Notes: generated from the sequence alone by a model not told the origin. A DNA stretch of 64,000 nucleotides from Amphiscolops sp. MND2022 (GCA_964187785.1 OZ076409.1:78618001-78682000); one strand, 5' to 3'. Positions 1 through 12,360 are shown, counted from the first letter of the stretch. Program-made: numbers and translations.

Positions 1-941
1 AGTATGCCTTGGCGCATATCTAGGACTGTGTGGTTTCTTTGTAAGAACATAAGTCCAATTATGGGGCTGGATAATTTTTCCATCACTATGAAGATTTCGT
101 GGAACTCTATGTCCCCTACTTCGAACTTCAGTTCTACTGTACTCTTCGGAGTTTCCAGGTCTCCATTTGCGACCATAATTTGGAATGACGGGGCAGGACC
201 CTCTTTCACTATTGATTGGGGTGCAAGTAGCCGTATTTTCCTAAGGTCAGCTTCTGGTATCGCACTGGAGTGGGCCCCAGTGTCTATGAGACCATCTAAT
301 GTTAGTTCTCCAAAGTCCATTGGGAAATATAGCATCCGCCTTTTGATTTTGAGGCCAAGGTTGGTGGAGAGGGGAACGTATGACGGTTCTCCTTGTTTTT
401 CCACTAAAATGTGCAAGAAGGCTGTTTCGTCTAAAAGGCTGTTGGGGCCTTGAAAGTTTTCTTGCTCTTGAGTTTCCTCTAGTTCTTCTATCAGTGCTTC
501 GGAATTTGGCTGCCAAAGTTCAATGAGGGCTCTGGATAGTTTGTTGTCCACTATCGGGGGATCATCCTCGTCGTCCGTTGGTGGATATTCGTCTTGTCTA
601 AACTGGAGTTTTTGTCTGTCGTAGAGTTCGTCGTCCCAATACGGGTCTTTGCCGTAATCAGGATCGGCGTATTGAGGGTGATAATCTTCGATCAATGGTA
701 AGGGACGGAATTGAGTCTCGAAGTCTTTAGTATAGTCAATTTCGTAAAATCGGTCTGGGCGATCATTATGTACTATTTTATAAGTTCGAATACAGGCTTT
801 TTCCATTTGTTGCTGCCAGACAACAGTGGGAATTCCTTTTGTATCCTTGATTGTTTGGCTGTATTTGATTATTGGAGGATCTGAAATGACATATTGTCGA
901 ACCGACATATAGTCATGTATTTGGAGTCGTGGCAAAATTAG
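1..941 (-). CDS. pol: Pol of element A (partial): N-terminal region and aspartic protease, in the -1 frame relative to gag
   Basis: The -1 frame after A_AAA_AAC reads LILPRLQ..SVRQY..DPP..PTVVWQQQMEKA, homologous to the B pol. Protease motif GLIDTGAHSSAIP near 260-298. Confidence 0.88.
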
Positions 942-2626
942 TTTTTTGAATCAGATTTTTTAGTATTGGATTGGCTTGAAGTAGCCGTTTCTGGGTCATT
1001 TGCTTTTTTAGGCTTTCCTTCGGAGTCTATAGCATTTCGGTCATTTTGTTCTGTCTGCATCCTTTTGGGTCGCAGGTGGGCGCCAGCGCCTTGCCAGCAT
1101 CTTTCGGTTGGGTGGTTCTTTTTGCCACATGTGTCACACGGTGGGTAAGTTGGACGCTGAGGTTTTTTACCGTCTTTGTCCTCCATTTCCTTTTTCTTCT
1201 TGAGTTTCGGGCAGTTTTTGTAATAGTGACCCGTCGCTTTGCAGTATGAGCATTGGGCGTCTTTATTTGTGTTGATATCATTGGACAGTAAGTTGTTATG
1301 GCTCGTGGACGCCGAGGCCATAGTGGCCATTGGCAGATCATCTGACTCTTCTAATGCATTGAGTTCCAGTTCTCTTTCAAGATGAGCTACTATTTCTTCA
1401 TACGTGCCGTTCTCCAGACGGGCCATGTTGACAGATCGTTTCAGTTTTGGGGGTAATTTCGCGTATAACAAGCTGTCAATCATGCTTTTAGCGTTTTCCC
1501 CAAATGCTTTTTCTGCACCTTGGTTCAGTTCTTCCAAGAAGTCTGGTAGTTTCATTGTACTTGGATCGAAGGTCAATCGGTGCCATTTATGCTTTGCTGT
1601 TGCTTGTGATTCCGGTTTGACATATTTCCTCCGGAATATGACCAGTACGTCCTCGAGAGTTTGACGGTTGATTGAGTTTATGTTCCTGAATGTCTGTAAT
1701 GCTCCCTTTCGTAGCAAAGAATGAAAGTGATTAATTTTCATTTGTTCTGTCATTGTGGGCTGCATTTTGATCATCGTATGGAACAAGTCCTCAAAGAGCT
1801 CAAATTTTTCACTTTTCCCATCAAATGTCATCGGGGTTGTTTGTACGGGTCTGATGGTCATAGATTGCGGTTTGTTTTGCAAATTGACCAATACGTCGGC
1901 TAGTCTATTAAACGGGTCCTGAGGAGGTTCAGGAGCCTCTGGGGCCGGGGCTGGCAGAGTCGTGTCCAGAGAGATATTGTGTGTAGATTGTTGTCTCTCT
2001 AGGTTCGGGATTGAGTGGATTCGTCCGGTCAGAAATTCGGGAATTTGCGGTTGGGTGTCGGTAGCTCCTGTCACCATGTAAGAACTATGACTCGTGGTAT
2101 CTCTTAAGTCACCTACAGATCTTGAATCTTTCTTTGCAATTTTTATTTTAGGCCCGGGTGCGCTTTCCCTGTTCTCCTGACTATTTGGAGACGAACTGGC
2201 CTCAGTGTCCCTGTGTCCCATAGAGGACATCGAGTTTGCAATATTCTGGATTTCTGGAATAACTCTTTCAGCTATAGCTGTCGATATAGCTCTATTTATT
2301 TGGCTATGCATTATTGACATCATAGATTCCATTTCTTGAGACAATCTAAGATTAAACTCACTTGAAAAGGCTTCAAAGGATTGCCTGACTTCGTTTTGCC
2401 TCAAAGGTTCATTTTCATGTAAGTAATCTCTAAACTCATTTTCATGGTACACGTTTGTATCACCGTCCCCGTGGGCCGATGACTGATCTATTGCTTCAGC
2501 TAGTTCTCTTTCAATGGGATTATTATTTTCATTTCCCAGCATCACATCTAGGTTATCATAGTCGGACAGCATGTCCATTTCTCTAGATCTCCTAGCTTTG
2601 GCTTTCTGACGTCTAGTAGAAGGCAT
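938..2626 (-). CDS. gag: Gag of element A, 562 aa, with two CCHC zinc knuckles
   Basis: CSYCKATGHYYKNC and CDTCGKKNHPTERC knuckles; capsid-like core shared with the B Gag. Confidence 0.92.
   Translation of the reverse strand: MPSTRRQKAKARRSREMDMLSDYDNLDVMLGNENNNPIERELAEAIDQSSAHGDGDTNVYHENEFRDYLHENEPLRQNEVRQSFEAFSSEFNLRLSQEMESMMSIMHSQINRAISTAIAERVIPEIQNIANSMSSMGHRDTEASSSPNSQENRESAPGPKIKIAKKDSRSVGDLRDTTSHSSYMVTGATDTQPQIPEFLTGRIHSIPNLERQQSTHNISLDTTLPAPAPEAPEPPQDPFNRLADVLVNLQNKPQSMTIRPVQTTPMTFDGKSEKFELFEDLFHTMIKMQPTMTEQMKINHFHSLLRKGALQTFRNINSINRQTLEDVLVIFRRKYVKPESQATAKHKWHRLTFDPSTMKLPDFLEELNQGAEKAFGENAKSMIDSLLYAKLPPKLKRSVNMARLENGTYEEIVAHLERELELNALEESDDLPMATMASASTSHNNLLSNDINTNKDAQCSYCKATGHYYKNCPKLKKKKEMEDKDGKKPQRPTYPPCDTCGKKNHPTERCWQGAGAHLRPKRMQTEQNDRNAIDSEGKPKKANDPETATSSQSNTKKSDSKN
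2065..2076 (-). promoter_or_regulatory. Primer binding site of element A (TGGTGACAGGAG), inside gag
   Basis: Starts with TGG immediately after the LTR-terminal CA; identical 12-mer at the same position in element B. Confidence 0.85.
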
Positions 2627-3641
2627 AAGAGATTATTGCAAGAGGCAAGAATTTAAATTAATATCTTGGGCTTGCAAAGTGAAAATGAACGGGTTGTTTT
2701 AATAAACAGTTCGCAACAGTAACGCATCAAAGTATCATCAAGATAATTCTGTCCCCGGGGCCACCAGTCCCGGTTATATATATTTGAATTTGCATGACAC
2801 TCAATAAAAAGGTGGTCATAATCTAAAAATAGCCTTAAGGGCTTTCTAAATATAGCTACAATCTATAAATAGCAGGCAACGTCAACATTACATCATGTAG
2901 ATCAAAGGTCCCTCTTGGCGGCAAATATGGCAGCGGGACCATGAGTCCGTTAGGACAAGCAACTGCTTACATGCATACTAAGCAACGTACTACATGTATG
3001 AAATACATATTACATGTATGAAATGCTTACTACATGTATAGATAGTAATTTTACATATATTCTAAACTAAATATATTGCGCAAATTACATATGAAGCAAC
3101 ACCATCAAACTAATTCTAAAATATTAAATCAGTCCTTTGAGGGCCAATAGCGCCTTTTATCAGTTATCAAAAGATTAATCATTACATAACCAGTACTGCT
3201 AGGTAGAATAGCACTCTCAATTAAAGCGCGGACTCAGTGTCCAATAGACTGGTACAGCCCAGCGCTTTATTAGCAGGCGGCATATAGCTGTCTAGTCCTT
3301 TAATTCTATTAAGCTAGCACGAGTAAAGGTTACATAACACTGCGCTATGATTGGATGACGAGTTAGTCGGACTTGCGGACCAAGGCGACAGGCAAGAAAA
3401 CATTTGAACGCGTTTCCTTTACCTGTACGCCTTGGTGTCCAATTAACTCGTATTAATGCATAGAATTACATAATATAACTTGCACAAAATGAAATATATA
3501 GAGTTTTACATGACTTTTTAGAGCAACAATAATAGTTTTCCTTGTAAGTTTTCTAATTTAATGGAAGGGTGAAGGGTTCTGCTTTCTTGTAACTATGGCA
3601 GATTGAGTATGTGTTGCCATCACAGGCGGACGCCTGGGACA
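2077..3641 (-). repeat. 5' LTR of element A (~1565 bp)
   Basis: TG...CA ends defined by homology to the B LTR start and by the PBS; the partner LTR is outside the window. Confidence 0.75.
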
Positions 3642-3871
3642 CAAATGAACACCGTAACTTACTGCTGTATGAGGCGCAAAATAGACAAACGAACTTATTT
3701 TTAATGAGTTGTCCACAGAAATGTCAAATGTTTAACGAAATCTTTCAGTTGTACAATAATCTCGAGACCTCAGGAAAGTTGCTACACTTAGTGCTGTACA
3801 GTACTGTGATTGAGAAAATGTTCCCCGGGCGACTTTAGGCAGGATTTTCTCGAAATCGGTTGAAAGTTTTG

Positions 3872-4262
3872 ATAAGCCGGGAACGGCATAAGTCGGCGCC
3901 ATATCTAAGGCTCAAAAATAGCAAAAGGACATGAAAGTCTCACAAAACTCAAGGTATCAAACTAAAAAAAAAGTCACAATGCCAAAAACATTGAAGGGGA
4001 GACCCTTTGGGGAAAAATTTTTTTTTCGAAAAAAGTTTCAAAAGGCCGAAAGAACTGATACGGGACCCTTTAGTATCTCCCGGTACGGTATGTTACGCGG
4101 GAAAACAGGAAAAACCTTTTTGGTTCAGTTCGTTGACCAAATAGTGCAATTTGGTGCCATAATATTTCGTAGAACTTTAAAGAACTATTTTGGTCAGTTC
4201 GTGTGGATTGAAGAAGAGTCACTATAATAGTTGCGTTTCACTTCATGAAGCGCCACCTAAAA
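3872..4262 (+). repeat. Short interspersed repeat, possibly Helentron-associated (HINE/DINE-like); related copies at 33943-34572 and split by element B
   Basis: Shared 5' motif aagccggg..cggc..a.gtcggcgcc, internal gggaccc(ttt) motifs, and a 3' ataatagt...gcg.c..ctaaaa hairpin-like end. Confidence 0.45.
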
Positions 4263-4399
4263 GCAAACTGTAAGCTCAAATCAGAACAGCTTCATAACCT
4301 AGTTGGTGAAAACGTAACAAAAAGGTATTACGATGAACGTTTTGAATAAAGGTTTGGAGGCGGAAACAATGGAAAGATAGCGCGAATGAATTAGGATTT

Positions 4400-5900
4400 C
4401 AAAACTATTTTAAGCCGATACTCAGAGAAAAAAGACAAACAAAGGCATGTCGACATTTGGACCAAAAGATCGGAATTGCAAGAAACATCACGAGTACTAT
4501 CTCTGGTCCCATAGTCGGTAAAGTTAAATTCTTACATCGTTCTGTAAAAGATATATTACCGGTCGTGTTTTCGGTGTATCGATTTGCATCCACGTTTCAT
4601 CTGTTTTTAATTCGGCCTTCTTGATAGTGTGGTTTGTATTGAATATTTTTTGAAATATTTGTGGATGGTTTCTGAGTGGTCTTTTTCTCATACAATGAGA
4701 TTGTGCTGAAAGTGTTTTAGTCATATTACCCCTATTCATTGCGTGATGTCTTTGCTTTGTGTAATTAGTAGTGGTAGCCATGACGGGCTGTCGTCTTATT
4801 CCGTGGCTACCCACACGCTTCCCACGAAATTGATCTCGTTCGTGTTTACTCCTGGCATGTTCCTTTTAACGGTTGGATATCTTTCTTTTTGTAGGTGTCG
4901 ATGATGGCTTCTGTTTTTCTGTTTGTTTTCATTTCAACACCGTAGTGGTTATTTTTGTCCGGTAGAATTTTGTTAATTTGTGGCATAGGTTCACTTTCTT
5001 TTTTCATGAGTTTGCCTCTTCTAGGTATTTTTTTCATGTGTTAGTATTCGGTTTACTCCGAATACTCGTGCCTATTGCCTATGTCTTGACAGTTGTTGCA
5101 TCGTTCATCTTTTCTCGAAGTAATAATTCTTTTCGAACGTTATCAGTTTCCGCCAGTGCTCTACGTTTGTGTTTCGTTTTCTTCTGGTTCGACCCAGTAA
5201 AAATAACCGTGTTTGTGGTAGTTGTTGTTACGTTCTGACATGTAGTAATCTTCGAACATTTGTTATAATTTGTTTTAATTTGATAGTGTTTGGGTCCGTG
5301 GTAAAAAATCCCTTTTGGTGATGTTCTGGACGGTTGACGGTCCGTCGCGCCAAAAAATTTTTGTCAATTTTCATGTTCTTTTTCCGTCCATCTGGTTTCT
5401 GTTGGCATTGTTTCACCAGGTAAAATGGGTTTTACGTCGAAGTCATAGATTCGTTTGATGTAAGGCTGGAGTATGTCGGTCCATTTTTATAGTTGAAGAA
5501 TTTCTTCCCGGCGAATCCGATGTCTCTGAGTAAGTACAGTAGTTGTTTGTAGTGTTGGTCATTCTTTGGCAGAAGATATTTTTCAGTAAAGTAACGGATA
5601 AAAGTCGATCTTGCTTACTGCGCCATGTTAAGAATTCCACCAATTGTTTTGGTGAAACCGCAATGATTTTGACACTTGTTATTTTCCGACCCCACATTTT
5701 ATAAATGGGGGAGGAAAATCATGATCTGTGACGCGTTTTTTTTCGAAGTTTTGCCAAATCTCCACAATCTGCACCTTTCGATTACTTGACTATTTTATAT
5801 AGCTATTAGTAACTAAAATAGTCAAGTAGCTAAAATAGCATACAGCGGGAATAATAACTAAAGTCAAAAAAGGGAATAAGATCTAAAAGTAATAAGATCT
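4400..5900 (-). pseudogene. Heavily decayed Gypsy-like gag/pol remnant
   Basis: Fragmented minus-strand ORFs including a protease-like EAIIDT; boundaries uncertain. Confidence 0.3.
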
Positions 5901-7817
5901 AAAATCACTAAATTCTATATCTTATTCTTGAGATCCTATTCCCCCTCCCAAAATAGTTATGGCTCAGTTGGTGAAGGCGAACAGGGCGGAAAATATCCCG
6001 GTGCTTAGCGGGCGTCTTGTTCAACTATTCTCTATATCAACATAACACTAAATGTTCATGAGATACATACTACAAAAGATGACAAGTTATTGTTTAGAGT
6101 TTGTTGGTAATCAACTTTCTGCTGTCTAAAGTATTCTTCCAATTCGTTCGAATTCTGAAAGCCGTCTGGCAACTATATGTTACCATATAGCTTGCGTTTT
6201 ATTCCGACGAAGTATCTTGGAAAAACCACTAATGCTAATTTTTTCTCGGTTTCAGTAAGTTTAGCCTTCAATGGAGATACATGATCGCTTTTCAAAATTG
6301 AATTGTTCATTTTCGACGCGTTGAATGTTTGGTGGTGTTGACTTTTAGTGTTCTAAAATTAGTTCAAAAACGCGCCTGAATGCTGGGCCAACCAGCTGAG
6401 ATATTGCAGAAGTGTGAAAGTTAGACAGTGCGGATGTGCAGTGTGACAGAGTGGAAGTGCAAACTGTGCGTGGGTGTAAATTCAAGACGCGAAAGTGAAA
6501 CATTTCTACAGTGTTTTTTTTTCTGTAGTGTCGTACTGTTTAACTCTATCGCTCACTGTGCCAGACACCTTCGTCAGTTTGTGACATCTTTTCCATCCTA
6601 GTGTGAAAACTCTGGAGACTCTTGACAATAATCTTGCAGATCAGATCCTTGGTTAGAACCTTTGGTTGGAATTTCAGCAAGATTATTTCCGATAACGCCA
6701 AGGAAATGCACAATTTTGCAAGATTTTACTAAGAGTTCTAAGAGTTCTAAGAGTCTGACGTAATTGGATTATTTTTGAACAAAAACAGTCTCCAACTGCT
6801 GCTTGAGTAGCGCACTTTCGACGGTGAAGCTATCACATCCGCAAATCATACTCTTTACGCTGTCCTATAGCCAACGCTCAGAAGAGTGTTAGGGTTACCG
6901 GTGGTTTGACCAGTAGCCAAGTGCTTTTAAACGATGACTCTTGGTGGGACCCTCAACAAAATTCCTACTCAGAAATTCAACAGACTTGTCTAAATAAGAT
7001 ATGATCAAAGGTGTATAGACGTATATACAAGATCCGCTGGATCCGAACCCACGACGCTGCTCGCAAAGCGCTAGGGCAAGTTGCAGTATTTTGGCATCAA
7101 CGTTTTTTTTCAAAACTGGACAATTCTTTTTGAGATCGGTGGTCTGACAAAGAAACGCAAAAAAATGCATTATTACAAAAGTGCTGACTAATATAAACCA
7201 GCGCTAAAACTAAGGTGCAGTGTAAGTGCTGATTAAGTGTGCAACAGAGTGAGAAGAACTACCCAGAACTGAAAAAAAATCAAACAAGATCTTGGGAGTT
7301 AATCGGATTCAGCTCAACGCAAGTCGGCTCTGCCTGGTTTTTTGATGGTTGCAATGATCGGGAGATGAAATAATGAAGTTAGCCGAAAATATGGCTAAAT
7401 CTTCACCCAAAATATTCTTTGATAAAATTTATCCTTTCAATTTTCTTTTAAAGAAAAGGAAAACCATAACATGAAAACAAGATGATCAGCATCTAGAAGG
7501 TCCAATGAGACTGACCATTATCACGATGAATTTTTTGTAATTATTTGGTTGCAGATCATTTCAATACCTCCACACCTTACTTCATTGAAAAAATTTGCAT
7601 TTGTTCAGTTGATGTAACTCAAGCCAATCAATTTGGGAGCTCTACTGGTAGCACTAAGCATCAAAAATGCTAAAAGACAGTATCTTTCAAACATGATGTT
7701 AGCTCGAAAGATGCAAAACAACTATCGATACTTAACTAATAGTCAATTAATCAAGTAAATTATTCCTTTTTGTTTTAAAGGAGTCGTGTCTAGTAATCAT
7801 AGATGTAGAATCTACAT

Positions 7818-8240
7818 TAGGCTCCGCAGAATTTCACGCGGCGTGAAATCGTGTAAGCGCGTCAATTATTGCCCCATCAAATTTCAGCGTGTCATTAAAG
7901 ATAAAAGCGTGAAATAACAAAATTTTTGTACAAAATTACGTAATATGGTATGAATTTGAATAAAAAATACCAAAATCATGAATTTGGCAAAAAATTTTGT
8001 TTTGTCGTTTCCTAATTAGCTACAAAACAGAAAAATTTTTGCAGCCGGGTGAAAATTCTGACCAATGAGCGTCAAGATTTAGATTTTGAAACTCGGACGA
8101 ACCTGTTTTTGTATGTCAATGCCGAAAGAAAAATTTTCTATTAAAAAATGCGTGAAATTACCGTGAAATTGCACCGAAATTAGCGGGACCCGGAAGCGTG
8201 AAATTTAATGGTGTTTCAGTGTGAATTTCTGCGGAGCCTA
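7818..8240. mobile_element. hAT-type MITE
   Basis: TIRs TAGGCTCCGCAGAAtttcac / gtgaatTTCTGCGGAGCCTA; 8-bp flanks ATCTACAT / ATCTACAA (7 of 8 identical); repeated gcgtgaaat subterminal motifs. Confidence 0.75.
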
Positions 8241-8300
8241 ATCTACAACTACATTTTCTAGCCATCACTCCTTTAAGACAAAAAAATAATTTGCTGAATA

Positions 8301-11200
8301 CCCAGTGTAAAATATCTTGAAACTCTTGCCAAGATCTTGGATATTCCCGCATATTCCCGTTACCTCTTGAAACCCTTGATAAGATCTTGAATTATTCTTG
8401 GACCGTTAAAAAATATTGAATTTCTTGACAAGATTCTTGTCAAGATTCTTACCAAGAAATTCAAGAGGTGAAAAATTCGAATTCATCAGTCGGGCGTGAA
8501 ATTTGCGTGTCACGTTTGACTACATTAGAGCTGCCAAGAACCTTCTTTTACAGGGTTACCTTAATGACCCGGGTAGCATTAAGGACGCTTTTCGGTACCG
8601 CGTTTCCTGAAGCCGCTAGATAGGTAGGATTTTTTGAATTTTGGGTTAGATTGTCATGAATTTTAGATGAAAATTGTCTCGATGGGATCGAAAGTAAGGT
8701 CTAAAAACACTATTTTACTGGAATAACGTTTAAAATGACCGTATTCTAGTATAATAAGATCTAAAAACACTGTATTTACTGGAATAACCTTTAAAATGAC
8801 CGTATTCTGGTAGAATAACGTCTGAAATCACTTTTTTTCAGGAATAACGTCCAAAATCACTACTTTTGTGAAATAACGTCTAAAATCACTATTTTTGTGG
8901 AATAACGGCTACAGTCAGTGTATTTCGGTAGAATAAGATCTAATAACACTGTATTTTACTGGAATAACGTTTAAAGTATCCGTATTCTGGTAGAATAACG
9001 TCTGAAATCACTTTTTTTCAGGAATAACGTCCAAAATAACTATTTTTGTGAATTAACGTCTAAAATCACTATTTTTGTGGAATAAAGGTTACAGTCACTT
9101 AATTTTGGTAGAATAAGATCTAATAACACTGTATTTTACTGGAATAACGTTTAAAGTATCCGTATTTTGGTAGAATAACGTCTGAAATCACTTTTTCAGG
9201 AAAAACGTCCAAAATCACTATTTTTGTGAAATAACGTCTTAAATCACTATTTTTGTGGAATAACGGCTACAGTCATTGTATTTTGGTAGAATAAGATCTA
9301 ATAACACTGTATTTTACTGGAATAACGTTTAAAGTATCCGTATTCTGGTAGAATAACGTCTGAAATCACTTTTTTCAGGAATAACGTCCAAAATCACTAT
9401 TTTTGTGGAATAACGTCTAAAATCACTATTTTTGTGGAATAACGGTTACAGTCACTTAATTTTGGTAGAATAAGATCTAATAACACTGTATTTTACTGGA
9501 ATAACGTTTAAAGTATCCGTATTCTGGTAGAATAACGTCTGAAATCACTTTTTTCAGGAATAACGTCCAAAATCACTATTTTTGTGAAATAACGTCTTAA
9601 ATCACTATTTTTGTGGAATAACGGCTACAGTCATTGTATTTTGGTAGAATAAGATCTAATAACACTGTATTTTACTGGAATAACGTTTAAAGTATCCGTA
9701 TTCTGGTAGAATAACGTCTGAAATCACTTTTTTCAGGAATAACGTCCAAAATCACTATTTTTGTGGAATAACGTCTAAAATCACTATTTTTGTGGAATAA
9801 CGGTTACAGTCACCTAATTTTGGTAGAATAAGATCGAATAACACTGTCTTTTACTGGAATAACGTTTAAAGTATCCGTATTCTGGTAGAATAACGTCTGA
9901 AATCACTTTTTTCAGGAACAACGTCCAAAATCACTATTTTTGTGAAATAACGTCTTAAATCACTATTTTTGTGGAATAACGGCTACAGTCACTGTATTTT
10001 GGTAGAATAAGATCTAATAACATAGTATTTTACTGGAATAACGTTTAAAGTATCTGTATTCTGGTAGAATAACGTCTGAGATCACTTTTTTTCAGGAATA
10101 ACGTCCAAAATAACTATTTTTGTGAATTAACGTCTAAAATCACTTTTTTTGTGGAATAACGGCTACAGTCATTGTATTTTGGTAGAATAAGATCTAATAA
10201 CACTGTAATTTACTGGAATAACGTTTAAAGTATCCGTATTCTGGTAGAATAACGTCTGAAATCACTTTTTTCAGGAATAACGTCCAAAATCACTATTTTT
10301 GTGAAATAACGTCTTAAATCACTATTTTTGTGAAATAACTGCTACAGTCACTGTATTTTGGTAGAATAAGATCTAATAACACTGTATTTTACTGGAATAA
10401 CGTTTAAAGTATCCGTATTCTGGTAGAATAACGTCTGAGATCACTTTTTTTCAGGAATAACGTCCAAAATCACTATTTTTGTGGAATAACGTCTAAAGTC
10501 ACTGTATTTTGGTAGAATAAGATCTAACAACACTGTATTTTACTGGAATAACGTTTAAAGTATCCGTATTCTGGTAGAATAACGTCTGAAATCACTTTTT
10601 TTCAGGAATAACGTCCAAAATCACTATTTTTGTGGAATAACGTCTAAAATCACTATTTTTGTGGAATAACGGTTACAGTTCCACTAGCTGAGAGCCTCCG
10701 AACTCAATATAAGGATTGTGGTTCGAGATAGCTGCAAACTTTGTTTGCGGTTGGAAACTATATCCGACAACTATCTGATCGACTTTTGGATGCTTATAAA
10801 TCTTATTTTCATTGATTTTTGATTTACTTCCTGAATTTTAATGGTTCGGGTTTCTTGGGTGGGCTAGGTTGTAACCGGGAATCTTGACACCTACCGCTTT
10901 TTCCCGCTTATTCTTGGGTTTTCCCGGATTTCTTGGCAAGATTCTTGGATTTTTTTGAATTTCTTGACAAGATTCTTGGTACTTCTTGGTTTTTCCTGAG
11001 TGTTTTTTTTTGTACTAAAATCACTTTTTGTGGGTTTTTTTGGTCGAAAAAAATGGCATTTTTCTTGAAGTTCTTGGCAAGATCTTGCAAGATCGTACAT
11101 ATTCTTGGCGCTCTTGGTAAGAATCTTGCCAAGATTCTTACCAAGGGTTTCAAGAATATGCAAGATTCTTGGCAAGAGTTTCAAGATATTTTACACTGGG
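8301..11200. mobile_element. Non-autonomous TIR DNA transposon (CMC/EnSpm-like termini) carrying an internal satellite array
   Basis: TIR CCCAGTGTAAAATATCTTGAAACTCTTGCCAAG at both ends; 2-bp TA flanks; many subterminal ttcttgrcaag repeats. Confidence 0.8.
8690..10678. repeat. Tandem satellite: about 11 copies of a ~179-180 bp unit built from six ~30-bp subunits
   Basis: The subunit (g/a)gaataacgtctaaaatcactatttttgt recurs every ~30 bp; the variant aataagatct recurs every ~179-180 bp. Confidence 0.95.
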
Positions 11201-12360
11201 TAATGAAACCAAATGCAAGATATTTTACACTGGGTAATGAAACCAAATGGAAGTTCTGAGAAATCAATTAGGAAAAAATCAAAAAATATTCCTATATATC
11301 GAAGTTTGTAGCTTTCGTACAATATATTTTGCACTGCTTTGAAGTGTTGAACCTTGAAGGTTTTCATTTCTCTGAATTTGATCCCATAATTTCCAATGAA
11401 AACTTCGTGAGGGTTACTTTTAATAGCTTGTAGATTGGTGTGAATTCTGAATGACCTAAACAACTTTACCCGTCCCTAGTTGTCATGAGTCATGCCATGC
11501 ATGATCTGATTTTCGAGGCTACGTGTGTTATTCTGCGTAGAATTTTTGCGAAAAAGGTTAAAAGTTCAAATGAAATGCATTAAGAGGAACAAACCTAATT
11601 ACCGGAAGCAGAACTTCAACAGAATTTGGAAACTCAAACGGGAAAACTCTGCGCATAAATTGTTGTTAACCAGGCAGTTGACTTTACATTCCCCGAATCA
11701 CAGGTTCGACATCTTTTTGCTTCACTCCCAAAAATAAACTTTTTTGAGTAATTGCAATCCAATTTCGATCATATGGATGTTATTTCAACTAGTTTGAAGT
11801 ATTGGAAATAGAAAAAAACTCATAAACATAGCTTCATACAAATTGAATATGCCGGTCTGATCGATCATCGATGTTCCTTAAAAGTTACGTCAATGTTAAT
11901 GACAAAGAAAATGGCACTTCATTTTTCCCATACATTGGGAATCGATACAAAAAATGGAATTATGGAAAATGAAAATAAAAAAGCTACCATATGTTATACC
12001 AAGTTGTAGATAGAATTGATATACTTTCGTTATAGACAATCTTCCATCGCTAATCGATCACCTTCAATGAAGCATCGATGGGGTTATTCATCGATGATCA
12101 GTTATGAAAAATTATTATTCGCTGAAACTCGATCAGTTTTTAATTCAGAAGTCGGGAGTGAGCCAAAAAGATACGAGGTGTTTTAGTACCAATAACGCCA
12201 ACAATATAATCCACAGCTCCGATTAGCAGAGCAGAAGCGTTATTAGTGTCCTGTAAGTTGATGCTGCTGCCATTCAGTTTGAAGTTTGGAGGGAGCATTG
12301 TGATCTGAGTGATGTATGTAGGTACAACATTAGAATTACTGAGAAAGAAGTGCGACTTAC

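Larger units (their letters stand above)
1..3641 (-). mobile_element. Ty3/Gypsy LTR retrotransposon A (5' part: LTR, gag, start of pol); same family group as element B; continues beyond window start
   Basis: Gag is highly similar to the element B Gag (FDGKSEKFELFEDLFH...KLPPKLKRSVNMARLENG). Same PBS (TGGTGACAGGAG) and frameshift site. LTR start TGTCCCAGGCGTCCGCCTGTGATGGCA matches the B LTR start TGTCGCAGGCTGCCGCCTGTGACGGCA. Confidence 0.9.

Noticed and set aside
4..453. Antisense ORFs over pol (also 40792-41304 and many within D)
   Set aside because: Shadow frames of conserved coding sequence on the opposite strand
5959..7080. tRNA-like A/B-box fragments (ggctcagttggt near 5961; gggttcggatcc on the minus strand near 7045)
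   Set aside because: No complete cloverleaf could be built; at most decayed SINE fragments
8690..10678. CRISPR-like array of ~30-bp repeats
   Set aside because: No unique spacers; the subunits form a higher-order tandem satellite in eukaryotic DNA with no cas genes
10891..11259. Overlapping ORFs at the transposon end
   Set aside because: Arise from subterminal ~10-bp repeats; no protein motifs
12140..12354. Possible next exon of the channel gene (TEWQ motif)
   Set aside because: No acceptor in the required phase gives an open frame
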